The notes beneath the pieces were generated by a model, which worked only from the letters and a program-made list of their open reading frames with translations, was not told where the DNA came from and did no database searches. Both the position numbers and the translations under genes were made by a program. Below are positions 1-10,058 of a stretch of 54,227 bases of DNA, in pieces. Position 1 is the first letter of the stretch. Each line of letters starts with the position of its first letter. The stretch is from a virus (taxonomy: Duplodnaviria; Caudoviricetes), in IMG/VR virus record IMGVR_UViG_3300030118_005216, positions 1-54,227 of that record; one strand, given 5' to 3'.

Positions 1-1337
1 GGTGTGAACAGGGTTCCACCTACGGTCCACTGAGGGAACTCACTGTCAAAACGAGCAAACCCTTTCAACAAGAATGGCCCCATTGCATTTGCGCTTGTCG
101 GTGCGATTGCCATCGCGACACACCTACTCGTCGCCGCCGCCGTCGCTACAGCTTTGTGAACTTTTCCATCTGACTTAAAACAGACTACTTCACCAGCGGT
201 GAGATCCTCGGCTGCGGTGAACATAGCAAGTGTTCCCGAAACCTCAGTATCGGCAACACCAGAGTTCAGCATCATTTCAAGGTTAGTTGAAGACTTAATC
301 TTAATGATTGCATCTGTACCGTGAGCAACACCCTTACCAATCTCTAGTGTGTCAGTTCCATCATCGATACCGATTCGGAAGTCTGCTGCGTTACCGTCGA
401 ACACGAGCATGGTATCGACAGCGCTCCCGTCACCAACGACAACTCGACCATCAGGAACAAGATTGATGTGTCCGTCGGTTCCACCACCATCGGTCGTTGC
501 AATAGTCAACTCACCGTTGGCACCGGTAGATATGGTCGAGAAGTCAGAGTTACTGGCAGAACTCAACATTTTAATGTCGGGCCCACCGTTATCAATCTTC
601 ATAAACACGCCTTGATTGAAGTCTGCTCCTGTAGCAGTCAAGTCCAATGCGCGTGTTGTAGTGTTGCCGGGGCCACTGCCAGTCGCGGTCACCTCAAGAC
701 CTTTGACGAGGGTTGTTCCAGAAGACTGAGCGTGAGTAAGCGTTGGAGTAACCAACAAGCCAGTCATGGTATTGGTTCCGCCAGTCGCCGTCGTGTTGTC
801 CATATCGACAAAGATTCCGACAAGGTTGTTGTCAGAAGAACTTGCCCCAGTCTTGTCAAAATCGATCGTCATGGCAGCGTAAGTGCCAGCACTTGTATTT
901 GTCACGGCATCGGTCACGGCCAAAGTATTACCGTCGAAGGTTAGACTGGCTTCACCGTTAAGGGCTGAAGCGCCGGTAGCCGTGACAATACGGTTGTCCG
1001 ATCCGTTGCTCATTGAAACAGCGCTGGCAGGTCCGACAATCGATGTTCCTGAAGTAATTTGGACGTCGTTGCCCGCATCTGTCGTGAAGTAAAGCTCGTT
1101 AGGTGTCGCGGTCTTCACCCACAATTGTCCGTATGCCGCAGTGTCTACATCTGCACTGGCTTGTTCTTTTAGAGTGACTGGGCCTTCTACAGTAAGCCTA
1201 GTTTTTGGGGTATCTGTTCCGACACCAAGACGATTATTAGTCTCATCAACTACAACAGTGGTCCCATCTACTTGGAGATCAGCTAAAACCACCGTCCCTG
1301 TAGTTGAATTATTAGTGCGGGGTGCTTTGAGGCCCAT
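1..1337 (-). CDS. Tail fibre/spike-like virion protein, truncated at the left window edge (absent from the ORF track)
   Basis: Manual translation from ATG at 1337 is open to the window edge: MGLKAPRTNNSTTGTVVLADLQVDGTTVVVDETNNRLGVGTDTPKTRLTVEG...NRIVTATGASALNGEASLTFDG...TAAEDLTAGEVVCFKSDGKVHKAVA. It is Gly/Thr/Ser-rich with the fibre-type repeats RLGVGTDTP and LNGEASLTFDG. Confidence 0.75.
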   Translation of the reverse strand, partial: MGLKAPRTNNSTTGTVVLADLQVDGTTVVVDETNNRLGVGTDTPKTRLTVEGPVTLKEQASADVDTAAYGQLWVKTATPNELYFTTDAGNDVQITSGTSIVGPASAVSMSNGSDNRIVTATGASALNGEASLTFDGNTLAVTDAVTNTSAGTYAAMTIDFDKTGASSSDNNLVGIFVDMDNTTATGGTNTMTGLLVTPTLTHAQSSGTTLVKGLEVTATGSGPGNTTTRALDLTATGADFNQGVFMKIDNGGPDIKMLSSASNSDFSTISTGANGELTIATTDGGGTDGHINLVPDGRVVVGDGSAVDTMLVFDGNAADFRIGIDDGTDTLEIGKGVAHGTDAIIKIKSSTNLEMMLNSGVADTEVSGTLAMFTAAEDLTAGEVVCFKSDGKVHKAVATAAATSRCVAMAIAPTSANAMGPFLLKGFARFDSEFPQWTVGGTLFT

Positions 1338-1340
1338 TGT

Positions 1341-1751
1341 TTACTCCAAACTAAAGATAAGGTCTACGTGACCATCATTGTCGCTTCCAGCATCAAATGC
1401 AGGAACAAAGTACAGTTTGAATGCACTATCAGACCACGTAGGTAGGCCCGGGTAAGACCACATATCGTTAATGGGTGTTGTCACAGCCGCGCTATCGTAG
1501 GCCATCAACTCACTAATACTGTCGGCTGCAAAACCGGCAGCGTTGCCGAGCCTTGGTGCCCAATTCGATGCTGTTCCGCCTGTTCTAACGATGTGAAAAG
1601 CTTCGAGATGCCAGTATCTCTTTCCTATGCCGGGGGGGAGCTGGATTACTGTTTCTTGAGAGGTTCCGATATCCGTGTAGGAAATTTGAACTCGAAAATA
1701 GTTTCGACCTTCTTTGCTTCCTTGGGAAGAATATGTAATAGTTTCAGCCAC
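1341..1751 (-). CDS. Hypothetical virion-associated protein (beta-rich, 136 aa)
   Basis: Tightly packed in the structural operon; GGAGG RBS upstream of the GTG start. Confidence 0.6.
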   Translation of the reverse strand: MAETITYSSQGSKEGRNYFRVQISYTDIGTSQETVIQLPPGIGKRYWHLEAFHIVRTGGTASNWAPRLGNAAGFAADSISELMAYDSAAVTTPINDMWSYPGLPTWSDSAFKLYFVPAFDAGSDNDGHVDLIFSLE

Positions 1752-1761
1752 TTAGGGCCTC

Positions 1762-2160
1762 CTAGTATTGGCCTTGAGGGGCGATGAGAGCAGCAAGTTC
1801 TTCTCCAGAACCTTTGATTATGCGTCCAACTGGTTTGGAAGTTTTAGTCTTCTTTGTTCCCCATTTACCAGATTTTGTGAGGTGTAGAATGTCGCCATCC
1901 TTTCCTTCGCCATAAAACGGAACAATTAAGTAAGGAACAAATTCGGCTCCTTGGCCTTGCCTTGATTTTTGGTGAGCAACCAAAAGAATTCCAGAACTTC
2001 TTTTCGCATACTGAGCGTCAGCTTTTGAAACATAGATTCGAGCAGCATTGGCTTCTGATACATAAACAATTGTGCCCTTGTCCATGTCTTCAGTAGCCAC
2101 AGCGCGAATGCAGCCCGTCAGACCTGCATTTGTGTTTGGGAGATACTTTTGGCGTGCCAT
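1762..2160 (-). CDS. Capsid cement/fibre-like small protein (DUF2190-like pattern)
   Basis: Pattern ATEDMDKGTIVYV...VSKADA...GILLVA...GDILHLTKSG...KPVGRI resembles DUF2190-type decoration domains; AAGGA RBS. Confidence 0.5.
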   Translation of the reverse strand: MARQKYLPNTNAGLTGCIRAVATEDMDKGTIVYVSEANAARIYVSKADAQYAKRSSGILLVAHQKSRQGQGAEFVPYLIVPFYGEGKDGDILHLTKSGKWGTKKTKTSKPVGRIIKGSGEELAALIAPQGQY

Positions 2161-2183
2161 AAAAATTCCTTAATTCTTGTCCA

Positions 2184-2213
2184 AAGATACTGTTTTAGGT
2201 GGGTATCTGTCAA
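2184..2213 (-). promoter_or_regulatory. Sigma70-like promoter TTGACA-18-TATCTT with a GATACC operator half-site
   Basis: The minus strand reads TTGACA gatacccacctaaaacag TATCTT in the 55-bp gap upstream of the gene starting at 2160. Confidence 0.6.
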
Positions 2214-2215
2214 AC

Positions 2216-5200
2216 CTAGTCGAGCGTTCTTTTATCCGTTGGAGTCTTGGGTTCTAATTCTTCCATTCTCTTTTCTATTTCTGCTTCGGCCGCCTTGATG
2301 ATTGACTTCTTCCGGTAGTCAATAGTGGTCTGCGGGTTGAAGCCATAAGTGTTTTGGCCCATGTAGGTCTTAAACCCAAAGAGCATGGACTCTTTAATTA
2401 GCTTTGATTTTTCGTCCGGTGTCTCATAATCAAGACGCTCAAGAGCGCGGGCGTAAGGATTCTCACCGTAGAGATTGAAGACGTTGCCCAACTCCTGCCC
2501 AAAGAAGGGCATCATCCGTAGGGCCATTATTCGGCTTCGTTCTGCTACCATGACTTGGTTGGCGTTAGTTTGCGCTTCGTTTGATGTGAGCCAATAGCCC
2601 AGCCCCGCACCAGCGATTGCTCCTCCAAGACCCTTTCCTGAAATTAGGTTACTTTTCCCCGCTCCAGCCAGTGCTCCTGTAGCAGACATAGCGCCAATAG
2701 CGTATGGCTGAGCAGACTTGTCTAAGAAAGCTTTTTCGAAAGCATTAATACGAGTGTAGTTGCCATACTTATAGCTTCCGGTATCGATTCCCCGTTCTTT
2801 CATCATAGACTCAATCGGAGCAGAAACAGTAGGAGCAAGAAGATCCAGAGTAGGTCGTGTGAAGTACATCGCCGTCAAGTCTGGACCATTCGCGATATTC
2901 CAATCAGGATCAATCATGGAGAGCGCTGCTCCTGAGAGGCCCATCATTATTGATGTTCCGATCTCTAGAGTATCGATTGTTGTATCCGGAGGCATGATAC
3001 CGAATGTGTGGGTAATGCCTTGGCCTCTGCTTCTCCAGTAGTGGTCTTGAGTGTAGGTATCAGCCGGATTGATGTAGGTTAGGAATTTTTTCTGTGCCCA
3101 AGAAGGACGGTAGTATTTAGCTGCATGATCATAGGCTTCTTGTTCAGTCATATGCTCATGAGCAAGTTCTGGATCTCCCAAATGCGGAATGGATTCAAGC
3201 GCAGCATATTTTTGGCGGAGACGAGAAGGAGCGCTCCGACCCATCATTGCGCGTTCCACGGCTTCCTGCGGAGGCAGAGTCAGAGGTTCCATGAACCTAC
3301 GTGCTGTTTGCCCAAAGCCCAGTCTCCAGAATCGGTAGAAAGGAGACAACTTACCAATAGTAAGTGTTTCCCACCTCGTCATCGCGTGTTTCCAGTCGTA
3401 CAGGGCGTTGACCGCAAGCCTACCAGCTTCTCGTGGTTTGTAGCCCTGACGGAGCAACTCCATAAACATGTTTCCACGTTGGCGTTGTTGGACGTGCATC
3501 GCTAACCAAGAGATGTTGTATCTTTGGTCGTCTAAGATTGATGCTGATTTTGCGAGCCATGGAGTTTTTGTCCAACTGTCTGGAACGTAGCGATCAAATG
3601 TAGCCAAGAGTTCTTCGTGGACCATAGTGTCCAGAATTTTTTCTTGCTCCAACATTTTACGGACTTCGCTGTACTTATACTCAGCGCCATATCGAGTTCG
3701 GAGAACACCTTCTTCGCCCCGCCATATTTTATTGGCATGCGGGTTCATGAACGCATTCCAAGTACTGCCAAGCGTGTTTTCGGCTCCGTACTTTTTCATC
3801 ATTTCGCCATGAAACTTGCGAAGATGTTTAGCGCCGGGAACCTTGTGAGAGAGGAAGTTAAAAGTCTCTCTCCCCACAAGTTGAGCGCTAACTCCTGCTG
3901 AAGTTCCAAAGCCGTGCTCGAACCATATCTGTCCCCAATCTCCAATAAAGTTGTTCCAAAAGTATTTTGGTCGGGGTACGAATAGTCCAGTTACAACCGA
4001 CGTTTTCCAGAGTCGGTTATAGTCTCTGTCGGGAAGAATCCGCATTAACTCTACAGGAGTTTTTGCTCTACGATAAGTCTGCTCAAGTTCTTTTGTGACG
4101 GCAGGCATGGCATCGTCAATAGTCTTTGCCAATGTTTGCGGCATAAAGAAAGTCTGCCCACCCTTGTCTATACCTGTAGCAATTAGCTCTTTGCTCGCTT
4201 TGCTTCCTTCTGTGCCCAGAATTCCTGCGCCTGTTGCCCTCTGGATATACGACTCGGTAAAAGGAAGACCCATTCTGTTCATGGTGTCCAACATGGCGTC
4301 AAAGTTTTCGACTTTGTGTAGGTTGCCCGAGAAGAAGTTGGCTGTGTCGCGGACACCCTTGGGGTCGATAAACCCGGTCAATCGAGCTGCCATGAGATTT
4401 GCGCGGTGCTGAATCGCAGCATGAGTCAGAGCGTAAACCATGTGCTGAGTAGACTTAACCTCAAGCGGTTTACCTCCGAACACTTGGTAGTTCATCTCTT
4501 GGATAGCCGCTCTAAACTGCGTAAAATTCTCAGTTTCTTCCAAGATTTTATAGGCTTGATTGTAGGCCCTTGCTGCTTGCGAAGCGTTTGCTCCGCTAAA
4601 GCCCCACTCTGGAATGAAAGACCGTGAGATGGCCCGTAGAGGTAGTCCGCCAAGCTGGTTTAAGTTTTCGAGGTCTGCCGCAAAATTCGTATTGATATAG
4701 TCATAAATATCATCGTCAGTGACTTTGACCCCTTGGGCTCTCTGTGTTTTTGCCCACTCGTCTCCACGCTGTTTAAGCTGTCTATAGCCCATGCCTCGTG
4801 GGTCATTTAGCATCTGCCAGCGTGCTTGCTGCCAAACGCTTTCTGAGCCTTCGTTAAAGAATGTGCTTCTGGCCCGCATAAAGTCGAGAGGCCGGTTTGT
4901 TGTCAGATATTCTGTGTATGCCTCAAGAAGCCTGTCTGCTTTCTTCTTTGTAGACCAGCCTCCAGCAATTGCTTCTTTGTCGATGTACCGGGCAAGGGCT
5001 TCAAGTTCGTCTCGGACGTGGCCCGTAGCGTGCTCTGCATATTTTGCGACGTCAACCATGTCGCCAGAGAGTGTGCCCGTTCTTGATCTAATAGGATCGA
5101 AAGCAGGTCTAATAGACTTTGCTACATGGGCAAGTTGAGATTGGCCACGCAATCCGACTACTCCGCCCACGACTGCGCCACCAACTATTCCAGCAGTGCC

Positions 5201-8200
5201 CAAAGGTGATCCCAAGGCCGCACCAGCGAGTGTCGGAGCCATTGCTAATGTCGATCCGTAGTTCATATCAGGGTCTTGCTTGGCGATTCTAAGCGCCTCG
5301 ACAGCCGTGATTGAGTCTGAATGTTGGTGTGTTTCTCTCCAGCTTTGTCGAAGAAGTTTAGGAAACTCGTACAGGCTTCTGGTTTTTAGGCCATTAAGGA
5401 CTGCGTCTTTACCTTCTGCCGCCGCTTCGTAGATCTGCTTAAGGACTTTTCCAGCTTCGCTGTCGCTTTTCATTGCGTGGCGAACAACATCTTTTCCGAC
5501 TTCTTCTTCAATTTGATTAACAAACATTTTGGCGTCAAGGGTCCGGTTACCGCCTACTTGTCGATCAATATTTTTCGTTGTTACATCAATCAGGTCATCT
5601 ACGGCTTCTTCAAGGTGAGACATTTCAGAAATGGCTTTGTTGCCTTCCCGAATCTGTCGCGCTCTTTTTCTAAGAACATTGTTGAGAACTTTTGCTCGGC
5701 CAGACGCTCGCACAGACTCAAGCTCTTTCTTAGCGGCCTGAGCAATTGCCCGAGACTCTCTCTTTGTCGATTCTCTTGCTGCTCCCGAACCCCTTAAATC
5801 TTTAGCCTGTGTGTCTACGTAGTCATCTAAATTCTTTCTCGCTGTAGCTGCTTGAGATTCCAGAGACAGGGCCTCTTTTTCTAGCGCAGCCAACTCTTCT
5901 TTTAGTATTGTTTCGTCTGGAACCGCGTCTTTGACACCTTTTGTTTCCAACGCTTCCAAGAATGGGTCGCTCCACGTTCGAGTGGAGTTGTCCAACGAAG
6001 ACCTGAAAACACGCATTTCTGCTGTCTTTTTAATTAACTGCTCATTTAAACTTTTAAATTCTTTTTGTTTAGCAGCAATTGGTTTTCCGGCTTCTTCTGT
6101 TCTTTCTGCCAAGTCATTGTAGACCCGTTTCCGAACATTCCTTCTTCTCCGCAGTTCTTTGACTCGTTTCAGCTTTTCTGTGACCCCCATCTTTTGTGGT
6201 TTAGGGTCAGTAAAAGTTCCGGCTGGCCTAGCTGCTTCCGTTTTTGTTTTCGGACGCATCGGTTGTACGGCTTCTTTTAGCTTGGCTTCTGCGCGAGCAA
6301 GCCCTGCTGCGGCTGCATCAGTCTGGGCACGAAGTTCCGACCAAGCTTTAAACTCTGGAGCAGACTGTAAATCGAGCTTGTTGATCTGCTCAATAAGTTC
6401 TGTGACTTCTTGTTTTGCTGTTGCGTGTAGGCTGTGCAGCGCCTGAAGTTCTTCAAACTCTTCAAAGTTACCCGCTTGTAGGCGTTCGAAGTCTTGCCGC
6501 GCCTCAAGAGCACGCAACTCTGCCGCAGCCAGTTGTTTGCGCAGAGCTTCTTCTTGCTTCTCAGCAACTTGTACTGCTTCAGGAGTCTTAAGTTTTGGAG
6601 TTGCCGGAACGGGAAGTGGAGCGGAAGGTGGAACAAGTACAGCCGTTCTTGTTGGATCTGAGCCGCCTGTTCTTGGCAAAGGCCCTGTTGCCGCTTCCAG
6701 TCTTTCTAACCCAGTAGTTGGGACTGGTAAGTCAGCCTGCCTAACTGCCGTTGGAACTGTGATTGGGTCTCGGACATTAACTGCCCGAGCGCCTTGCATT
6801 GATTCCAGACTTACGCTTTCTCTGCTCCTTGTCCAAGCAAGGTAAACATCCGGATCGAAAAGGTCGTCTCTTGCAGGAAGCTCAGAAAACTGAACCGTAT
6901 CTGAAAAACCTCTTGGCTTATCTACTCTACTTGTCGGACTCCCACCATACCAAGCTTCCTTAGATGCACTGTCTTCTACGTACTTTAAACCTTCAATGTA
7001 GTCTTCTTCGACCATTTGCCCATTTTTGAGGCGTGTCCGAGTTCCGTATACAATTTCTGCTCGGTAGCCTGCTTCTGGTGCGCTATTGTTGATCATATTG
7101 GATCTCACCATTACGATCTCGGATTCGTCGGCTACTGGGTAGAATCCATCTAAAACCCTTATGTACATCTGATCGCCGACAGCGTACACATCTCCCGGTG
7201 CTACATTCCTCTCAATTCGGGCAAGGTTTTCTGCCTCAAGTTGAGACAGTCGATTTTTTGCCATATCCAAAGCATCAGTTGGATTTACCTCCAGCCCATT
7301 CAACTTTGCTTCGCGCTGGATGTTAGACGTCTCCATATCGAGCCACCGCTCTCGAAACGTCCTGTCTTGTAGACGCCCCCCGGGGAGAACAGCAGGACTT
7401 GAGTGTACTCCAGCCGCTTCTGAGAGTGCCCAAGCTTCTCTCTCTGCTCGGATCGCTGCTCTTTCCGCTCCGTTTACAACTGTTCCTACAGCCTTGTTTG
7501 AAGACATATCGATGAGAACTTCTTTCTCAATAGATTGCCCCAAAACTCTGTCACGCTTCTTGACCTTCTGTAGTTTTTGGTCTGGAATAAGTTCTTCATC
7601 TGCCAGTTTCTCTAAGTACTTTGGATCTTGTGCTCGCGAGTGCGCCCATCGTCGAGTTTGCCTAAAACCAGCAGCCATGGGGATAAACATCGGACTGACA
7701 AAATCAGTGCCTGTTCCCGGGGCTACCAAAGACCCAAGCCCTACAAGCATGGCGGAACGCCTCAGGGCTTGTTTTTCTTCTGGAGTAGCCCCGATAGCTT
7801 CGGCATATCGTGCGGCAAGACTATCGTAGGTAAGGGGTAGGAGGTTGCCCTTTCGAATGTTGTGAGCGTACCGGTCCGTAGTCTCAGGATCTCCAAAACC
7901 TCTTTTAATTTCTTGGTAGTCAATGATCGATTCTACAAGCAGGTGAGTCTTCTTTGGGATTTGCTCAGAAAGTTCTTTTACGCCTTCAATAAACGCGACA
8001 TTTTTTTGTTCAGTAAAGGCAGTCTGGTCAGGGTTCAACAAAAGCTGTAGAAGTCCAAAGCCCGCTCCCTTGTCTCCTCCGCCACCAACAGAAGCTGCGG
8101 TTAAAGAAGCGCTTCCCGTGTTGTCCATAATCTCTTTTTCTGTGATAAAGCGCATTGATACTCGTTTCTCTTTATCGCCAGAAACATCTTCACCTTTTTG

Positions 8201-10051
8201 TGGCGCATCGATTCCGCCCTTACCTGCAACTCTCTCTCCGTCAGAATTGATGTAACCAAAGACTTCCTCGTCTTTTGTTTTTAGCGCGGCCCCAAGCCAG
8301 TTCGAGAAGTCCAAGCCCATAAGAATGTCCATGGCTCGGTGAGAGGTAAAGTCGGCATGAGTATCGCTAATATGTACAGAGTATCTTGGAGCAGCGAAAG
8401 CAGTGATAAGCGGTATCGCAAAATCTTGAGCACTAATAATTTGTGCTGGACCACCGATGCCCACTCTTGCAAGTGACATTGTGTAGGGGTCTACTTTTAT
8501 TCCAAACGGAAGTTCTCCTGATTTAAAGCGTTCAATCGCTTCTTTCTTTTTTGCGACAGCACCCGTCAAGTCAGGGTGGTAAAACGCAATTCCGCTGCCC
8601 GCTTTTGTGAAATAGTTCTCTGAAATTTGATAACGACGGAAAGCCTCGTTTTCTAATTCAATGGGCGTTGCGTCAGCGAACTCGGGATCATCTCCAACTT
8701 CGCTAAGGATAAGACGGTAAAGTTTTGCTCGAAGAGCCTGAAGGTCCACCGACATGGACATGTCCAGATTCTCAAGAAGGGGGAGATCTCTTACTGCTCT
8801 TGGGAATCCTCGTGATCGGCCCGTTCTGGGATCTATTCCGAAAGCCCTGTCTTTTCTCGCTTCGTTGTCTTTCTCGTTAAGGAACGTCGCAAAGTCTTTT
8901 TCCATCTTTGCGAGTTTTACTTGGGTCTCCTTCTGTTGCTGACGTTCTTTTTCTAGCTCTACGTCTACGCCAAGAATTCGTTCTCGGTCTTGGTGAGAGA
9001 TTTGTTTTTCCCAAGCTTCAGGAGGGATAGCAGAAGCACGTCTTTTCCACTCTTCTTCCCATATTTTGTAGTCGTATTTGCCATCCATAGCCGCAGAAAC
9101 AGCTTCAAAGGGGCCAAGCTTTACCTCGAATAGCTTTGCGTCTCGCCGGGCCGCAGAAGGAGAGTACTCTACCTTCGGTGGCAGGAGAACTTCCCGACTA
9201 AGATAGAAAGGGGCAACCTCATCATCTTCGACTGCTCTTTTCTCTTGGGATTCGTACCACTCTTGTTCAAGGTTAATCCTACGTATTTCATCGGGCGTTA
9301 ATTGATGGCCACCCGTCGTCTCTGCTCGAAGTCGCCTTACTGCCTCTCGCGGAGTATTGTTTCTAAGCCATTCGCGCTCATCGTCTGTAAGGGAACTAAA
9401 CCCAGAAGTATGTGCTTTTTTATAAATGTCAGAAGACTTGTTTGTTTCTTTCCACCAGTTTTTTAGGGCGCTATAAGAAAAACCCGCAGCGGCACCAATA
9501 GCCGCTCCTTTTGGCCCAAAGGCTGATCCGGCCACTCCGCCTGCTACAGCTTCTTCTCCTAAGAACGAAGCTACGTCTCCGACACCAATGTCCAGAGGCA
9601 TGTCTGGACCTTCAACCTCGTCCCCAAAGTAGAAACGCTGAGATACTTCTTCTTTTAGGCGTTTTACCGGTTCTTCCGTAAACGAGTACTGCTCACGTTG
9701 GCGACGGAGTTGTGCCTTTCGGCCCGCTTCCATTGCTCTCGCCCGGTTGATTACATCGCTTGTTGGGTGACGTTCAAAAGGCTCGCCTTCAGAAAGGTCT
9801 TGAAGTTCGTTTTCTTTGATCTTCCTTAGCTGTGTCTCGGTAAAATCTTGCGGATCGGCGTCTTGCGGCTTCGTGAAAGCCATACCAACTGGGTCGGTAA
9901 ACACGTCCAAGCCGGTCATTTTCGGCTTTGCTGGTGGCGTTGGGTCAGGTCTAAAAGCAAGGGGCCTAGGCTTCGTTCCCTGTTGTCCTTGCGGTTCTTC
10001 AGGGTGAAGCTCTTCGACGGTCTTTAAGAATGGATTGTTTTTCGGGTCCAT
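2216..10051 (-). CDS. Giant internal virion/ejection protein (2611 aa)
   Basis: Lies downstream of the nozzle and two smaller helical proteins, as in podovirus gene order; long coiled coils, several glycine-zipper hydrophobic segments, and a C-terminal helical region (LWKTSV...PKYFWNNFIGD) typical of large ejection proteins. Confidence 0.7.
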   Translation of the reverse strand: MDPKNNPFLKTVEELHPEEPQGQQGTKPRPLAFRPDPTPPAKPKMTGLDVFTDPVGMAFTKPQDADPQDFTETQLRKIKENELQDLSEGEPFERHPTSDVINRARAMEAGRKAQLRRQREQYSFTEEPVKRLKEEVSQRFYFGDEVEGPDMPLDIGVGDVASFLGEEAVAGGVAGSAFGPKGAAIGAAAGFSYSALKNWWKETNKSSDIYKKAHTSGFSSLTDDEREWLRNNTPREAVRRLRAETTGGHQLTPDEIRRINLEQEWYESQEKRAVEDDEVAPFYLSREVLLPPKVEYSPSAARRDAKLFEVKLGPFEAVSAAMDGKYDYKIWEEEWKRRASAIPPEAWEKQISHQDRERILGVDVELEKERQQQKETQVKLAKMEKDFATFLNEKDNEARKDRAFGIDPRTGRSRGFPRAVRDLPLLENLDMSMSVDLQALRAKLYRLILSEVGDDPEFADATPIELENEAFRRYQISENYFTKAGSGIAFYHPDLTGAVAKKKEAIERFKSGELPFGIKVDPYTMSLARVGIGGPAQIISAQDFAIPLITAFAAPRYSVHISDTHADFTSHRAMDILMGLDFSNWLGAALKTKDEEVFGYINSDGERVAGKGGIDAPQKGEDVSGDKEKRVSMRFITEKEIMDNTGSASLTAASVGGGGDKGAGFGLLQLLLNPDQTAFTEQKNVAFIEGVKELSEQIPKKTHLLVESIIDYQEIKRGFGDPETTDRYAHNIRKGNLLPLTYDSLAARYAEAIGATPEEKQALRRSAMLVGLGSLVAPGTGTDFVSPMFIPMAAGFRQTRRWAHSRAQDPKYLEKLADEELIPDQKLQKVKKRDRVLGQSIEKEVLIDMSSNKAVGTVVNGAERAAIRAEREAWALSEAAGVHSSPAVLPGGRLQDRTFRERWLDMETSNIQREAKLNGLEVNPTDALDMAKNRLSQLEAENLARIERNVAPGDVYAVGDQMYIRVLDGFYPVADESEIVMVRSNMINNSAPEAGYRAEIVYGTRTRLKNGQMVEEDYIEGLKYVEDSASKEAWYGGSPTSRVDKPRGFSDTVQFSELPARDDLFDPDVYLAWTRSRESVSLESMQGARAVNVRDPITVPTAVRQADLPVPTTGLERLEAATGPLPRTGGSDPTRTAVLVPPSAPLPVPATPKLKTPEAVQVAEKQEEALRKQLAAAELRALEARQDFERLQAGNFEEFEELQALHSLHATAKQEVTELIEQINKLDLQSAPEFKAWSELRAQTDAAAAGLARAEAKLKEAVQPMRPKTKTEAARPAGTFTDPKPQKMGVTEKLKRVKELRRRRNVRKRVYNDLAERTEEAGKPIAAKQKEFKSLNEQLIKKTAEMRVFRSSLDNSTRTWSDPFLEALETKGVKDAVPDETILKEELAALEKEALSLESQAATARKNLDDYVDTQAKDLRGSGAARESTKRESRAIAQAAKKELESVRASGRAKVLNNVLRKRARQIREGNKAISEMSHLEEAVDDLIDVTTKNIDRQVGGNRTLDAKMFVNQIEEEVGKDVVRHAMKSDSEAGKVLKQIYEAAAEGKDAVLNGLKTRSLYEFPKLLRQSWRETHQHSDSITAVEALRIAKQDPDMNYGSTLAMAPTLAGAALGSPLGTAGIVGGAVVGGVVGLRGQSQLAHVAKSIRPAFDPIRSRTGTLSGDMVDVAKYAEHATGHVRDELEALARYIDKEAIAGGWSTKKKADRLLEAYTEYLTTNRPLDFMRARSTFFNEGSESVWQQARWQMLNDPRGMGYRQLKQRGDEWAKTQRAQGVKVTDDDIYDYINTNFAADLENLNQLGGLPLRAISRSFIPEWGFSGANASQAARAYNQAYKILEETENFTQFRAAIQEMNYQVFGGKPLEVKSTQHMVYALTHAAIQHRANLMAARLTGFIDPKGVRDTANFFSGNLHKVENFDAMLDTMNRMGLPFTESYIQRATGAGILGTEGSKASKELIATGIDKGGQTFFMPQTLAKTIDDAMPAVTKELEQTYRRAKTPVELMRILPDRDYNRLWKTSVVTGLFVPRPKYFWNNFIGDWGQIWFEHGFGTSAGVSAQLVGRETFNFLSHKVPGAKHLRKFHGEMMKKYGAENTLGSTWNAFMNPHANKIWRGEEGVLRTRYGAEYKYSEVRKMLEQEKILDTMVHEELLATFDRYVPDSWTKTPWLAKSASILDDQRYNISWLAMHVQQRQRGNMFMELLRQGYKPREAGRLAVNALYDWKHAMTRWETLTIGKLSPFYRFWRLGFGQTARRFMEPLTLPPQEAVERAMMGRSAPSRLRQKYAALESIPHLGDPELAHEHMTEQEAYDHAAKYYRPSWAQKKFLTYINPADTYTQDHYWRSRGQGITHTFGIMPPDTTIDTLEIGTSIMMGLSGAALSMIDPDWNIANGPDLTAMYFTRPTLDLLAPTVSAPIESMMKERGIDTGSYKYGNYTRINAFEKAFLDKSAQPYAIGAMSATGALAGAGKSNLISGKGLGGAIAGAGLGYWLTSNEAQTNANQVMVAERSRIMALRMMPFFGQELGNVFNLYGENPYARALERLDYETPDEKSKLIKESMLFGFKTYMGQNTYGFNPQTTIDYRKKSIIKAAEAEIEKRMEELEPKTPTDKRTLD

Positions 10052-10058
10052 CTATTTC

